A program made the position numbers and the translations under genes. A DNA stretch of 63,974 nucleotides, the filler included, from Malassezia furfur (Eukaryota): assembly GCA_052055015.1 (NCBI GenBank). It is 5 parts of 5 records of this genome, joined end to end, with 100 filler letters (N's around TTAATTAATTAA, not from the genome) between each part and the next. Parts side by side here need not be neighbours in the genome. Positions count along the whole stretch, not along the records: positions 27,947 to 41,796 come from JBQJIT010000298.1; positions 41,897 to 55,741 come from JBQJIT010000299.1; 3 more parts are not named here. One strand, 5' to 3'. Shown here in pieces: positions 35,633-47,660 of this stretch (position 1 is its first letter; the number at the start of each line of letters is the position of its first letter). A model generated the notes under the pieces. It was not told the origin of the DNA. It did no database searches and saw only the letters and a program-made list of their open reading frames with translations.

Positions 35633-36541
35633 ATGGTTGAACAAAAGTACTTTACGCTAAACACGGGCGCGCGCATCCCTGCGGTGGGCATGGGGTGCTG
35701 GATGGGCGCCCCGGGTGCGTTCGACCTTGCCGACGGCATGGTGATGGCGCTCAAGACGGGCTACCGCCACTTTGACACCGCGTCGATGTACGGCAACGAG
35801 GATGTGGTCGGCGAGAAGATTCGCGAGAGCGGCATCCCGCGCGAGGAGATTTTTGTCACGACCAAGCTGCCGAACCAGGACCACGCGAATGTCGAGCGCT
35901 CCTTTGACAAGAGCCTTGAGCAGCTCGGCCTGGAATACATCGACCTCTACCTGATGCACTGGCCGCAGGGCTCCGCGCACTTTGTTGACACGTGGAAGAG
36001 CATGGAGAAGCTGCTCGAGACGCGCAAGGGCAAGATTCGCGCGATCGGCGTGTCCAACTTCAGTGTCAAGACGCTCAACGAGCTCCTGCCGCAGTGCAAG
36101 GTGGTGCCGGCCGTGAACCAGATCGAGACGCACCCCTTCCTGCCGGACTGGGACGTGGTGGAGCTGTGCAAGAAGCATAACATTCTAGTCACGGCGTACA
36201 CGCCGCTCGGCCAGGCGAACTCGCCGATCCTCAAGGACCCCGATGTGATGGCCGTCGCCGAGGAGACGCATGCGTCGCCCGGCCAGGTCGCGCTCAGCTG
36301 GAACGTGCAGCGCGGCGTGGGTGTACTGCCGAAGAGCACGAACCCGACGCGTGCGCTGCAGAACCTGCAGCTGATCTCGCTCACGGACAAGCAGATGGAG
36401 CGCATCAGCAACATCTCCAAGGACCCCAAGCGCTACGGCCGCCTGAACTACGTCGCCTACAACTCGGCGACCGACACGGTGATGGGTGCGTCGATTGACG
36501 AGCTCGGCTGGGAGGACACGCGCTTCTACAAGGCCGATTAG
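35633..36541 (+). CDS. Aldo/keto reductase
   Basis: GYRHFDTASMYGNE, EIFVTTKL, YIDLYLMHWP, AIGVSNFS, LPKS. Confidence 0.95.
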   Translation: MVEQKYFTLNTGARIPAVGMGCWMGAPGAFDLADGMVMALKTGYRHFDTASMYGNEDVVGEKIRESGIPREEIFVTTKLPNQDHANVERSFDKSLEQLGLEYIDLYLMHWPQGSAHFVDTWKSMEKLLETRKGKIRAIGVSNFSVKTLNELLPQCKVVPAVNQIETHPFLPDWDVVELCKKHNILVTAYTPLGQANSPILKDPDVMAVAEETHASPGQVALSWNVQRGVGVLPKSTNPTRALQNLQLISLTDKQMERISNISKDPKRYGRLNYVAYNSATDTVMGASIDELGWEDTRFYKAD

Positions 36542-36543
36542 AC

Positions 36544-38349
36544 TCATAGCACCACGCGTCCGTACACCGCCATACCATCGCCGCCGGCCACAATGTGCTG
36601 CTCAATGTGGTACTTGCGCTGGCTGCCGCTGCCGTCCGGCTCGTAGGTCTTGCCTGGCACCTTGCTGCGCTCGACAAGCAGGAGGCGGTTGAGTGTCGGC
36701 CCGTCCTTTTGCGCCGCTGCCTCGCCGCTCGGCAGGGGCAGCGTGAGCAGCACGGGCGTCGCGATGTTCGAGTGCTTGCCGTTCCCGAGCTGGTACTGGT
36801 CGTTGGCGCCCCACACCCACACGTCGCGGTGGTTTTGCTCGCCGAGCGAGTTGACGTCGACCACCAGCGCACATTGCCCGTCCGGCCCGACGGTCAGCGA
36901 CCGCACCCCGATCGGGACCACGGTGTGGTCCTGCTCCGAGTACTCGACAAGCCCCGAGACGTTCTTCGCACGCACAGGCACACTGCAGATCTGCGAGCGC
37001 AGCGCGTTGCCGAGCGATCCGCGCTCACCGCACCCCGCCGCAAGCACATCCACACGGTCCGTCAGGACCAGGGGCTTCGGCGGCGCGTCCTCGTCGTCGC
37101 TCTTGCCCGCAGGCGGAGCTCCGTTGCTGCGCATCACGAAATAGGTGTTGTGCGCGCCGGCGACCAGATCAATGCACCGCGTGTCGGCGCCGAGCACCGC
37201 GTGGGGCCAGCGCACCTCGGTCGGCACCGCAATCGTGTCGCCAAACGACGACTCGCCGAGCGCAAGCTGCCCGTACGTGTTGCGGCCCCAGCCGACCACG
37301 CGGCCCGTCGGCGTGCGTGCCGCCGAGTGCTCCAGCCCGGCGGCGATCTGCGCAATCTCGACGTCGCGCAGCGAGGGAACCGGGCGCAGCTGCGTCGCGA
37401 AGCGGATGTTGCTCGGCGAGATCCACACGCGGCCCTCGGGCAGGTCGCCCATCGGCACGTCGAGCAGCGACGCCGAGGAACCGGCGCCCTGCCGCTTGCG
37501 TGCGAGGATCTGCGGCTCGAGACGCCACGGAATGGCCTCCACCTGCGTGCGCTGCGCCTCGGGGGCAGCGTTCAGAGCGGTCTGTGAGTAGCCGAGCTGG
37601 CCATACGCGTTGGCGTGCTCATCAACCGGCACGGACCACACGGTGCCGTGCTGCGAGAGCGCAAGGAGGTGGTGCTTCCCCGCGGCGATCGAGACGAACC
37701 GCTCCTTGGTGGGCCGCCCGTCGGCGACCGTGTCGAGCTTGACGTAGTCGATCGTCGCTGAGGCACCCGGCAGCTTGTCGCGCCATGACGCCGGCGTGAG
37801 CTGCAGGATGCGCTCGGCGGCAAACACGTAAATCGATCCGCTGCGCGACAGGGCATACACCTTGGGTCCGCACAGCTGCAGCTTCACAATGTCCATACCC
37901 ACGAGCGTCTTCTGCGGGACGAGAGGCGCCTTGGGGTCGAGCTCGTCGGTGAAGCCGGCGCCCCACTGCACGACGTCGCCGTGCGCGTCGACGGCTGCGC
38001 CATACGTGTCTGCGAGCTGCAAGTCGCGCAGCGCGACGCCGTCGAATGCCGGGATGGGCGCCGGCGTCTTGATGTCGCTCTTGTTCCTGTGCGGTGCGAC
38101 GACCTTGTTGCTGGCGTCAGCGCGGTGTGCCCCCACCTACCGATTGTTGCCCCATGCGAACACGGAGCAGAGCGGGAACCGCTGCTCGGTCGGCGCGCCT
38201 TGCAGCGCGTCGCCGTCGCTCCAGACGGTGGCGAGCGAGTAAGCGAATGCGCTGCCGCCGACCACGGCCCCCGATGCCCACGCGCGTGGCCGCGAGGCGC
38301 ATGCGGCGCGCAGCGCCCCCGCTGCGCGAAAGCTTCGTGCACCGAACAT
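36544..38349 (-). CDS. Mitochondrial RCC1-repeat protein (Fmp25-like)
   Basis: Arg/Ala-rich presequence plus TM, RCC1 repeats (IAAGKHHLLAL, IAAGLEHSAA, GRNTYGQL, WGANDQYQLG). 30-nt intron after FAWGNNR. Confidence 0.8.
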
Positions 38350-38426
38350 GGTGGCTCGTTCACCCCACGTGATGTGAATCATGTGACTAGGCACCGAAGC
38401 GTCTCGATGCAGCGGTTTGGCTTTGG

Positions 38427-40505
38427 ATGCTGACGGTGGGGCGAGCCTTCCGAGTCACTTCATCTGCAGTACGAACCCAACTTCCACGAGGACTCCGTAC
38501 CTTTGCAAGTATGGCAGCACCGGCGCAGGAACCTACGCTGGTCAAGAAAGACGCACACCCCTTCGAGCGTGCCCAGCTCGAGGGGCTGATGACCAAGCGC
38601 TTCTTCTACACGCAGGCGTTTGAGATCTACGGTGGTGTGGCCGGTCTGTACGACTACGGCCCCAGTGGTGCGGCGCTGCAGTCGAACATCATCAACCACT
38701 GGCGCAACCACTTCATCATCGAGGAGGACATGCTCGAGCTCGACACGACGATCATGACGCTCTCCGATGTGCTCAAGACGTCGGGCCACGTCGACAAGTT
38801 TGCCGACTGGATGGTGAAGGATACCAAGACGGGCGAGATCTACCGCGCGGACCACATGGTCGAGAACGTGCTCGAGGCGCGCCTCAAGGGCGACGCCGAG
38901 GCGCGCGCGAAGGAGTCGGGCCAGGCGGTCGCTGATGCGGCGCCGACGGCGAACGACAAGAAGACGAAGAAGAAGGCCAAGTCGGCCGCGGTCAAGCTGT
39001 CCGACGAGGAGGTGGCGGCGTACCACAAGATCCTGGCGCAGATCGACGACTACTCGGGTGCGCAGCTGGCCGAGATCATCAAGAAGTACGACCTGCGCGC
39101 GCCGGCGAGCGGCAACGAGGTGTCGGAGCCGACCGAGTTCAACCTGATGTTTGAGAGCAACATCGGCCCGACCGGCCAGACCAAGGGCTACCTGCGCCCC
39201 GAGACCGCGCAGGGCCACTTTGTCAACTTTGAGCGCCTGCTCGACTTCAACAACGGCCGTGTGCCGTTTGCGAGTGCGCAGATCGGCAAGAGCTTCCGCA
39301 ACGAGATCAGCCCGCGTGCCGGCCTGCTGCGTGTGCGTGAGTTTGTCATGGCGGAGATCGAGCACTACGTGGACCCCGAGAACAAGAACCACGCGCGCTT
39401 CCACGAGGTGGAGCACATTGTGGTGCCGCTGCTGCACCGCGACGTGCAAAAGGCCGGCGAGACCACGGTGAAGAAGATGACGATTGGCGAGGCGGTGCGC
39501 AGCGGCATGGTCGACAACGAGACGCTCGGCTACTTTGTCGGCCGCATCTACCTCTTCCTCGAGTCGATCGGCATCGACACGAGCCGCCTGCGCTTCCGCC
39601 AGCACATGGAGAACGAGATGGCGCACTATGCGAGCGACTGCTGGGACGCGGAGCTGCTCACAAGCTACGGCTGGATCGAGTGTGTCGGCTGTGCGGACCG
39701 CAGTGCGTACGACCTGACGATGCACAGCAACCGCACGAAGCGCGAGCTGGTGGTGCAGGTGCCGCTGAAGGAGCCCAAGGTGTACCAGAAATACGTCCCG
39801 ACGCTCAACAAAAAGGTGCTGGGCCCCGCGTTCAAGAAGGACGCGAAGCTCATTGAGGACACCGTGCTCGGCCTCGACCAGGACCAGCTCAAGGCGCTGC
39901 AGGGTGACCTGGCCAACGGCAGCGCGAGCGTGCAGGCGAACGGCAACACGTTTACCCTCACGCCCGACCAGGTCTCGGTCGAGTACAAGACGATCAAGGA
40001 GAGCGTGCGCAGCTTTACGCCGAACGTGATTGAGCCGTCGTTCGGTATCGGCCGCATCTTCTATGCGCTGCTCGAGCACTCGTTCTGGGCGCGCGAGGAG
40101 GACAAGGAGCGCAGCGTGCTGTCGCTGCCGCCGCTCGTCGCGCCGTTCAAGGTGCTGATTGTGCCGATCAGCTCGAACGAGCAGCTCTCGCCGCTGGCGC
40201 AGCAGGTGTGCAAGCGCCTGCGCAAGCTCAACATCCCGTCGCGCATCGACGACAGCAGCGCGACGATCGGCCGCCGCTACGCGCGCAACGACGAGCTCGG
40301 CACGCCGTTTGCGGTGACGATCGACTTTGCGTCGGTCGCCAAGGGCACGCTGACGCTGCGTGAGCGCGACACGACCGCGCAGCGCATCGGCACCGTCGAC
40401 GAGGTGCTCGATGTGGTGCAGCAGCTGTGCACGGGCCGTCTCGACTGGACGGGCGCGTGCCAGAAGCTCCCCGCGTACACCGGCACGCAGGACGTGGACG
40501 CCTAG
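38427..40505 (+). CDS. GRS1: Glycyl-tRNA synthetase (cytosolic/mitochondrial)
   Basis: IYGGVAGLYDYGP, LRPETAQGHF, FRNEISPR, EMAHYASDCWDAE, VIEPSFGIGRI. Second in-frame ATG at 38511. Confidence 0.97.
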   Translation: MLTVGRAFRVTSSAVRTQLPRGLRTFASMAAPAQEPTLVKKDAHPFERAQLEGLMTKRFFYTQAFEIYGGVAGLYDYGPSGAALQSNIINHWRNHFIIEEDMLELDTTIMTLSDVLKTSGHVDKFADWMVKDTKTGEIYRADHMVENVLEARLKGDAEARAKESGQAVADAAPTANDKKTKKKAKSAAVKLSDEEVAAYHKILAQIDDYSGAQLAEIIKKYDLRAPASGNEVSEPTEFNLMFESNIGPTGQTKGYLRPETAQGHFVNFERLLDFNNGRVPFASAQIGKSFRNEISPRAGLLRVREFVMAEIEHYVDPENKNHARFHEVEHIVVPLLHRDVQKAGETTVKKMTIGEAVRSGMVDNETLGYFVGRIYLFLESIGIDTSRLRFRQHMENEMAHYASDCWDAELLTSYGWIECVGCADRSAYDLTMHSNRTKRELVVQVPLKEPKVYQKYVPTLNKKVLGPAFKKDAKLIEDTVLGLDQDQLKALQGDLANGSASVQANGNTFTLTPDQVSVEYKTIKESVRSFTPNVIEPSFGIGRIFYALLEHSFWAREEDKERSVLSLPPLVAPFKVLIVPISSNEQLSPLAQQVCKRLRKLNIPSRIDDSSATIGRRYARNDELGTPFAVTIDFASVAKGTLTLRERDTTAQRIGTVDEVLDVVQQLCTGRLDWTGACQKLPAYTGTQDVDA

Positions 40506-40628
40506 GCGCGTTTTCCGTAGCCCCCCGTTCGCCGTAGTTCCACTCGGCCGAACGTCCAACACCGCGCGACGCGCGTGGGCGTGCCTGGGTTGGCACCGAG
40601 CGACGCGTTCCCCGAGGCCGCTGGCGCG

Positions 40629-41796
40629 ATGTCGCACCCGGCAGCGCGGATCCGCGAAGGGATCGATGCGGTGAAGGAACAGACACATGCGGCCGGCCTC
40701 CTGGGCCAGGGCCTGCTCGAGCACCAGCGCCAGCTCGAGGCGCTGCTCGACGACGTCAACGACCCGTCGCGTGCTGCCCACGCTGACGACGAGCAGGTGC
40801 TCGCCGAGCTGCACGAGATGCAGACGCAGCGCGAAAAGCTGCTGGAGCAGCTCACGCATGCGCTTGGCCTCGAGCGCAGCGCCACGGCGCGCGTCCCGCC
40901 GTTCTTTGGCGCGGGTGCACAGACGGCACCCACCGGCGACGTCGACCGCCTGCGGCACGACAAGGAGGAGGCCGCGCGCCAGGTCGACGTGATCAAGATG
41001 CGCGTCGCGGACCTCGAGACGAAGCACGATGCATTCAAGCAGGAAAACTGGGACCTCTACGTCGCGCATCAGCAGCTCGAAGAGCAGTTGGCCGCACGCA
41101 CCGCGGCGCAAAACAAGGCCGAGAGCGAACGGCAGCGCCTCGCCGCGGAGCTCGCGCAGGTGCGCGAGACGTACGAGGCGCAGCACGCCGAGCTCGAGCG
41201 CCGCGAGGAAGAGGTGCGCAAGCTGCAGAAGCAGCACGAAACCGCCCAGGCGATGTCGCGCCGCGAGCGTGCCGGTTTCCGGCGCAACATCTCCGACCTG
41301 CAGGGCCAGCTGAAGCGCATGCAGGTCACCGAGCGCCCGCGGCAGCCGCTGCGCAGCCCCACGATGGAGCTTGTGGCGCCGCAGCTGCCGACGACGCCTA
41401 CGACCGAAGACAGTCCGCCGCTGCGGCACCGCTTTGCGCTCGACGACGACGCGGTGCACAGCACGCCGCCGCCCGTGCCGTCCACATCGGAGGCAGACGA
41501 CCTGCGTGCGAAGCTCGCCGCGGCGCTCAAGCGCATCGGGCGCGACGGGCAGCAGCAGCGCAAGCTGCGTGAGCAGTTGGCGGAGCTGCGGCGCACGCTT
41601 GCGGGCGCCGGCCTGCCGGCGCCGAGCGACGACGAAGACGAGGACGACGAGGCGTCGGTCGTGGACGACGACGATGCGTGGATCACCGAGTCGGTGCCGG
41701 TGCCGCACGTGTCGCGGCCGGTGCGTGTGCCGAAACGCCACGGGCACCGGCGCATCATGTCGCGCGACACGCACATCCCCATCGTGCCCGAGGTCC
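40629..41796 (+). CDS. Coiled-coil protein, possibly Num1/ApsA-like N-terminus (3' end lost at gap)
   Basis: Heptad-rich ORF with strong codon bias running into the gap. The family guess is weak. Confidence 0.6.
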
Positions 41797-41896
41797 NNNN
41801 NNNNNNNNNNNNNNNNNNNNNNNNNNNNNNNNNNNNNNNNTTAATTAATTAANNNNNNNNNNNNNNNNNNNNNNNNNNNNNNNNNNNNNNNNNNNN
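41797..41896. other. Artificial contig spacer
   Basis: N44-TTAATTAATTAA-N44. Confidence 0.98.
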
Positions 41897-43959
41897 TTGG
41901 CTGCACGGAAGCCCGCATAGTCCTTGGTGTTGGCCAATGCCGCAGACGTCGTCGACGCAGGCGCCGTCCTCCACGGCGGCCGCACCACCGGCACGGCCGA
42001 CGGCGCCGGCGCCGCCGCCTCGGTCGGCGTCAGCACCACCGCCCCTGGCTTGGCACCCGCCGCATCCGTAGGCGCCTCGTCCGCATCGAGCTGGGCGATC
42101 GCCCAGTCGCTCAGCGCCGACGCCGCATGCCCCGCGGTGGCCGACAGGAACGAAAAGGCCGAGCGCCCCTCGCTTGGCGCCGATGCCTGCGCACCCGCGA
42201 GCGTCGGCGCGGGGGGCAGCTCACATGACTCGGACGAGAGCTTCGCGGCGTACGCCTGGATCTTGTCCAGGTAGGTGTGCAGCGTTGTCGACGCCGTCTC
42301 GCGCACCTCGCGATTCCGGTCCACGAGGCACGGCGCCAGCGCCGGCACGACGCTGCGTGCCGACGCCTCGGCATCAAAGGACGCCTCGTTCGTACGGAAG
42401 GCGTCGACACCGGCAAGCCGCGCCTGCTCATACACGTCCTTCAGACTGCGCGCAAACGCAGGCACCAGCACACTCGCGCGCGTCGTCGGCGTCACAAACG
42501 GCGTCAGCTTGCCGAGCAGCTGCGTCGTCTGGATGCGCAAGGCCGGCTGCCGATCCGTCTGCGTCTTGGCGAGCTGGCGCAGCAAATCGTTGTTCAGCAC
42601 GCGGTCGCTCAGCTTCGGCGCCAGCAGCGGAAGGCTCTCGAGCACCGCGGCACGCACCACCTCGTGCGGATCTTCGAGCCACGCCGCGACCGCCGGCCAC
42701 ACGCGGCCCATGACCGCCCGCGTGTCGAGGTGCGCGACGTACAGGCCGAGGTGCTGCAGCAGTGCCGCGCGCATCGGCGAGTACGGCGTGCCGAACGCAT
42801 CGAGCACCGGCGTGCCGAGCGTGTGCCGCCAGCGTGCCTCGTCCAGCGCCTCGCCGAGGCGCAGCATGAGCGGCAGCAACACGCGCGTCGACAGCTCCAA
42901 GCTGTCGTTCAGGCCATTGGGTATCGGTTTGCTGCGGAACGCCTCGACGAGCACAGGCAGCACCTTGCACTGGGAAAAGGTGGGCAGCAGCCGCGGCTGG
43001 AGCTGCTCGAGCTCGCCGAGAATCGCCTCCTTGTGGTGTGCATCGGCGAGGCGGAACTCTTCGACGAGCGCACTCGCACGCACCAGCTCGTTCTTGGTGA
43101 GGAAGCCGCCCGGCTGGTTGCCCGCCGCAACAAGGTCCGCCGCCGACAGCCGCGTGTGGGGGTCGGCATGGACCATCTGCCGCACGAGGGGATACAGCAG
43201 CGGAGGGATGCGCCCCGCAGGAAAGGTGCGCAGATTCGCAGGCACCTGGTCGTTGAACGCGTCGATGGCCAACACACCGATCGCAAAGCTGTCCACCGCC
43301 GGCACCGGCACGTCGGCGACGTGGCCCCACCCCGCCTCGACCTCGGGCGCAACGCGGTCGTGCGCATGCGGCGGCTGCCCGCCGTACGTCGCGAGAAAAG
43401 CGGCATCGCTGGCGGGCGCCATCGTCTCGAAGCCACCCAGGAGCCATTCGCCGGCGCCGGACAGGAAGACGCTCGCCGCGTGAATGTTGCCGTGGATCGC
43501 GCCGACCTGCGTGTGCAGGAACGCGGCGGCACTCGCAATGTGGCTCACGCCCCAGGCAACCCACGCATCGCTGCCCGGATCGCGCGCGTCTTGGCGCCAG
43601 CCGTCGAGCACCTGCGTCAACGGCGTGACGCGCTCGACCGCAAGGTAAATCGTGCCGTTCGTCTCGGCCATGTCGAGGTACTTGAGCACATAGGGGAACC
43701 GCAGCGAGCGCAGCTTGCGCACCGCGTTGTGTGCCATCGCGATCTGCGCGGGACTCGCGCGCGCGCCGTCAAACACAAAGACGCTCACCGGCAGCTGATC
43801 TTCCTGCGGGGTAAGCACGCGACGTACCTTGCGCACGCCCTCGTACAGGCGCCATAGACTCTGGCCCGCATACGACGTGACCTCGTCGCCCACGGATATG
43901 CCGGGAAGCGGGCCCCCGCCCTTGCCCAGCGCCGACGAGATCTGGCGCAAATAGTCCAT
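41897..43959 (-). CDS. CEX1: SCY1-family pseudokinase with HEAT repeats (Cex1/SCYL1), 3' end lost
   Basis: KLRSLRFPYVLKYL, IHGNIHAASVFLSGAGEWLLGGFE, LNNDLLRQLAKTQTD, AFARSLKD. Confidence 0.88.
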
Positions 43960-44015
43960 GGCACGCTAAGGTCTTGGGAAGAACGAGTGGAGGTGCGGTG
44001 CGCCTGGCTCCGTCC

Positions 44016-47000
44016 ATGAGCGACGCGTCGCGGATGCACGGCGAGGCGCTTGCGGGCGTCTCGCAGGAGGAGCTGCTGCAGGAGCTGCCCGTCGAGCAGT
44101 CCGACCTGATCCCCCTCGCGGCCCTCGTCGAGCGCCTGTCGAACAATGCGTACCAGACGCTGCAGAGCCTGAGCGACACCACCTCCTCGCTCTCGAACGA
44201 CGCCAAAAAGGCCAAGATCTTTGCGACGGCGATGGACTTGCGCAAGCAGTTTGTCAAGCTACTCGTACTCGTGCGCTGGTCTAAGGACGTGGCGCTCCTG
44301 AACAAGGCGCGCAACGTGATTGCCCTGCTGGTCGACCAGCAGTGGGCGCACGAAGACGTCTTCTCCGGACTGACGCAGGCGCGCAAGATTTTGCCGAACG
44401 CCCACATCTGCGACGCCGACCTCGTCACGGCCATCGACGTCATCCGCACGGGGACGTACCAGCGCCTCCCGGCGTCCATCCGGAACAGCACCGTGCCCAA
44501 GGCGCCCATGTCCAACGCGCAGGTCCTCGACGTGCTCCGTGCGCTCGATCAGGTGCTCCGTGTGCGCCTCACCTGCAACACGGTCACTCCGCAGGCCTTC
44601 CACCTGCAAAAGATCGCCGACGGCAAGGCATACTTTGCGGTGGACGGGCTGTACGACGCCTGCCTCACCACCAGTGGGCCCACCGACGAAGACCGCTGGT
44701 GGCTCCTCGACTTCCACTTTGCGGATGCGGCCACGGATGGCGACGAGGACCTCTCCGCCTCGCTTACCACGCCGTACCTCGAGAACGTGTTTGCGGCCGC
44801 CGAGGCCATGCTGAGCGAGCCGGCGTCGTCGGACGAGCCGATCCTCGTGCGTCTGCACGCCTTCCTGGAGCAGCAGGCGCTCCAGCGGCAGCTGCACATC
44901 TTGCACCACCAGCTCCAGCGCGTGAATCACCTGCACCTACGCGGCAACGTGCGGTTCTCACTCGACCTGGCAACGCACACGCTCGAACTGCAGTACTGGG
45001 CAGCACATGCGTCGGCCTCGGCGCAGGACCGGAGCAAGGCGCTCCACCGCCGCCTCTTGCACGGCAAGCTGCACCTCAAACTCCATACCGAGACGCTGAC
45101 CGGGGCCAACAAGGTCCTTTCGGACTTGCTCTCGGGCAATGCGGCATCGACGGGGCGCAGCTCCATCCTGGTCGACTGGGACGTCGATGAAGCCATTCGC
45201 GAGGCGACCCAGACGCTTCCCGAGCTCCGCTTGGAGCAGCTCGACATTGAGGCACTTGTCCTGGCCGCCACGGACCGGCATTCGCTCGCGCTCATGAAGA
45301 TCTTCCAGCAGCAGATCGTCGAGCATCCAGGGCTCGGTGCCGGCAACCCCGCGCAGTGCATCCTGCGCTCTCTGTCGAAGCAGGGCTTCGGGCCGCGGCA
45401 TGCGCTCGAGCTGCAGGTCACCGACAACATCCACATTATGCTCTACGTCTCCCTTATTACGGGGCGCGTCGGTATCAAGTCGCTTGATATGATGCAGACC
45501 CAGCGGGACGACATGCTCCAACTCGGCCTGAGCGAAGCCCAGGATGCGGCGCTGCAACGCATGGCCAACCAAATCAGCGCCGACACCGAAAAGCTGGCAG
45601 ACACGCTGCTCATGTTCCGGCTCCAGAGCCTCGCCAAGGAGCTCGAGCTGCAGGCGTCCTGGCTCGGCCTGGCGTACCTGCCCACCATTGCGCTCCGCCC
45701 CGGCGAGCTCGACAAGATTGGTCTCCCGAGCGGCTATCCACTGCTCTATCTTCCGCTGGGGATCTTACCGTCGTACTACATGTCGATCTACTTTGTCCCG
45801 AGACAGCCCATCACCATGGCGCTCGTCTCGGTGATGTCCATCATGGAGGCCGGCAAGGCGATGCAGGTCATCAGCTCGGTCAAGTGGCTCGACCGCAAGC
45901 ACCTTGCGAACGTCGCCGTGTCGGGCAAGCTGCTGCTCAATGCACCCAACAAGACATGGTCCGAAGAGGGAAACGCTTCTTTGCTGCGCTACGACCTCAC
46001 CTCGGAGGAACTGCAGCTGGCCTACAACTACTGCATCGCTACTGTGGCCTACTCCCACCTGGAAGAACAGCTGCGTCTCAAACTGATACCCTTTATGCTG
46101 GTCGGCGCCACCACCGACAAAGTGGCTACCCTGGCCCAGCACGCCGACCCTCTTTTGCCCAGCCTGCGGGTGAGCGTCGCAGAACTCGTGTCGCCATTTG
46201 CCGGGCTGACCGACTCAAACGTGTCGCTGCAAATTTGCGACTGGTGGCTGCCGGCCGACCGGCGTGTGGAGATTTCGTTGCGCGTCAAGTGGGAAGCACA
46301 AAAAGATGTGGGGCCCATCACCCTGTTCAACGACACCACGCTGGACCCAGCCACAGGGCAGCTGCGGCACACGTCGCGGGATCTGGCGGCGAGCGTCGCA
46401 CAGTTCCAGCGCCGCTGGGATCAGGTGGCACGGATGCTTCTTCTGATCAACACCGTCGCACAGTACCAGTCGGCCCACCGTTTCCACATTACCCTCTCTC
46501 ACGTGGGAGACAACAGGGTAACTCTAAGCTACGGAACGTCAGACAAGGCCCAACTGTCGGTTACCATCGTTTTCAATGAACTCGACGAGAGGCTGCCCAA
46601 GGACCGGTTTGAACTCGAGTTTGGCGTGCTCGACGGTGTTTCGTCGGAAACTGGCAACCCCCACGAACACCTTGCTACACTGATGCAAAACAAGCTGAAC
46701 ACCATTGCGAGCTCAACCGCCAATTACTGGAAGGGGTTCATCAGTGTACGTTGACGAGTGCTAACTCACCTAGATGCTGGAAAGCACCTTGCCATTGCTC
46801 TCGCTACTTGGCCCTTACATACAACGGTCGGCCACCGACATCGAGTGTCCTGAAATCAACATACAGGACGTCAACTGGTACCAAGTCCGCTTCCCGAACA
46901 AGTACGTGGGACCCATGATGCTAACCACCAGTTACATCCTAGACCTACGCCTGCTGACGGATAATCGGCTCCTCATTGTTGACGCCAATCAAGGGCTTAA

Positions 47001-47178
47001 GGGTGGTGAATCTGAAGCCAACGAGGCAGGCCACCCGAACCTGTCCAACCTATGGGTGGAAGTCACGGGGCGTGCACCTGCCACAGAGGACCAGGGACAT
47101 ACGGCACGTGCTGTGGCTAAGGTTACCCACGCGGAAGCAAACCTTGAAAAATTGTTCGAAACGATCAATAAAATATAG
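44016..47178 (+). CDS. MED14: Mediator subunit Med14 (Rgr1)
   Basis: LRKQFVKLLVLVRW, DLVTAIDVIRTG, IADGKAYF. Terminal introns at 46746-46773 and 46902-46931. Confidence 0.88.
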
Positions 47179-47660
47179 ATTTTAACATTAATATTATTAC
47201 ATATTGTACTAGTATTAGTATTAAATAATCAATGTAAAAAACAGATTAGTGATGTTTTGCAAGTATAATATTATAATAAGATATGTATTTATTTAATTAT
47301 ATGTAACCAAAAATAAATCAAATATAAAATGCACTATCGTAATCAATATTAAATATCATTTTATTGACATTTCTTAAGATTTTTGAATTTATTAGAAATA
47401 AAATATTTTTAAAAAACTAATTATTTAAACCTGCTTAATTACTTTTGCAGGGTTTCCAACTGCAACTGTATTAGCAGGAATATTCTTTGTCACAACGCTT
47501 CCTGCACCCTTTTTATGTTAGTAAACTTAATAAAAGAATTTCTTACAATTGTAACATTTTCACCAATCGTTACTCCGGCCCTTTTTGTTAGTTTATATCG
47601 TACATAATTGTTGTATTTCCACCGCTAAAAGTTAGTTTAAATTTTTTAAACTCACATCCA
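47179..47660. other. AT-rich GC trough, candidate centromere core
   Basis: 47179-47424 has about 36 G+C in 246 nt (~15% GC, hand count) against roughly 60-70% elsewhere. GC declines gradually from both flanks. Confidence 0.65.

Noticed and set aside
38460..41774. 1104-aa antisense ORF and other long shadow ORFs (e.g. 22640-24340, 25749-27581, 42277-43857)
   Set aside because: They lie opposite well-supported genes, are expected from high GC3 codon bias, and show no recognisable domains.
47179..47660. AT-rich segment as mitochondrial insertion, contamination or horizontally acquired gene
   Set aside because: Composition grades smoothly through nuclear genes, and the acetyltransferase has six spliceosomal introns.
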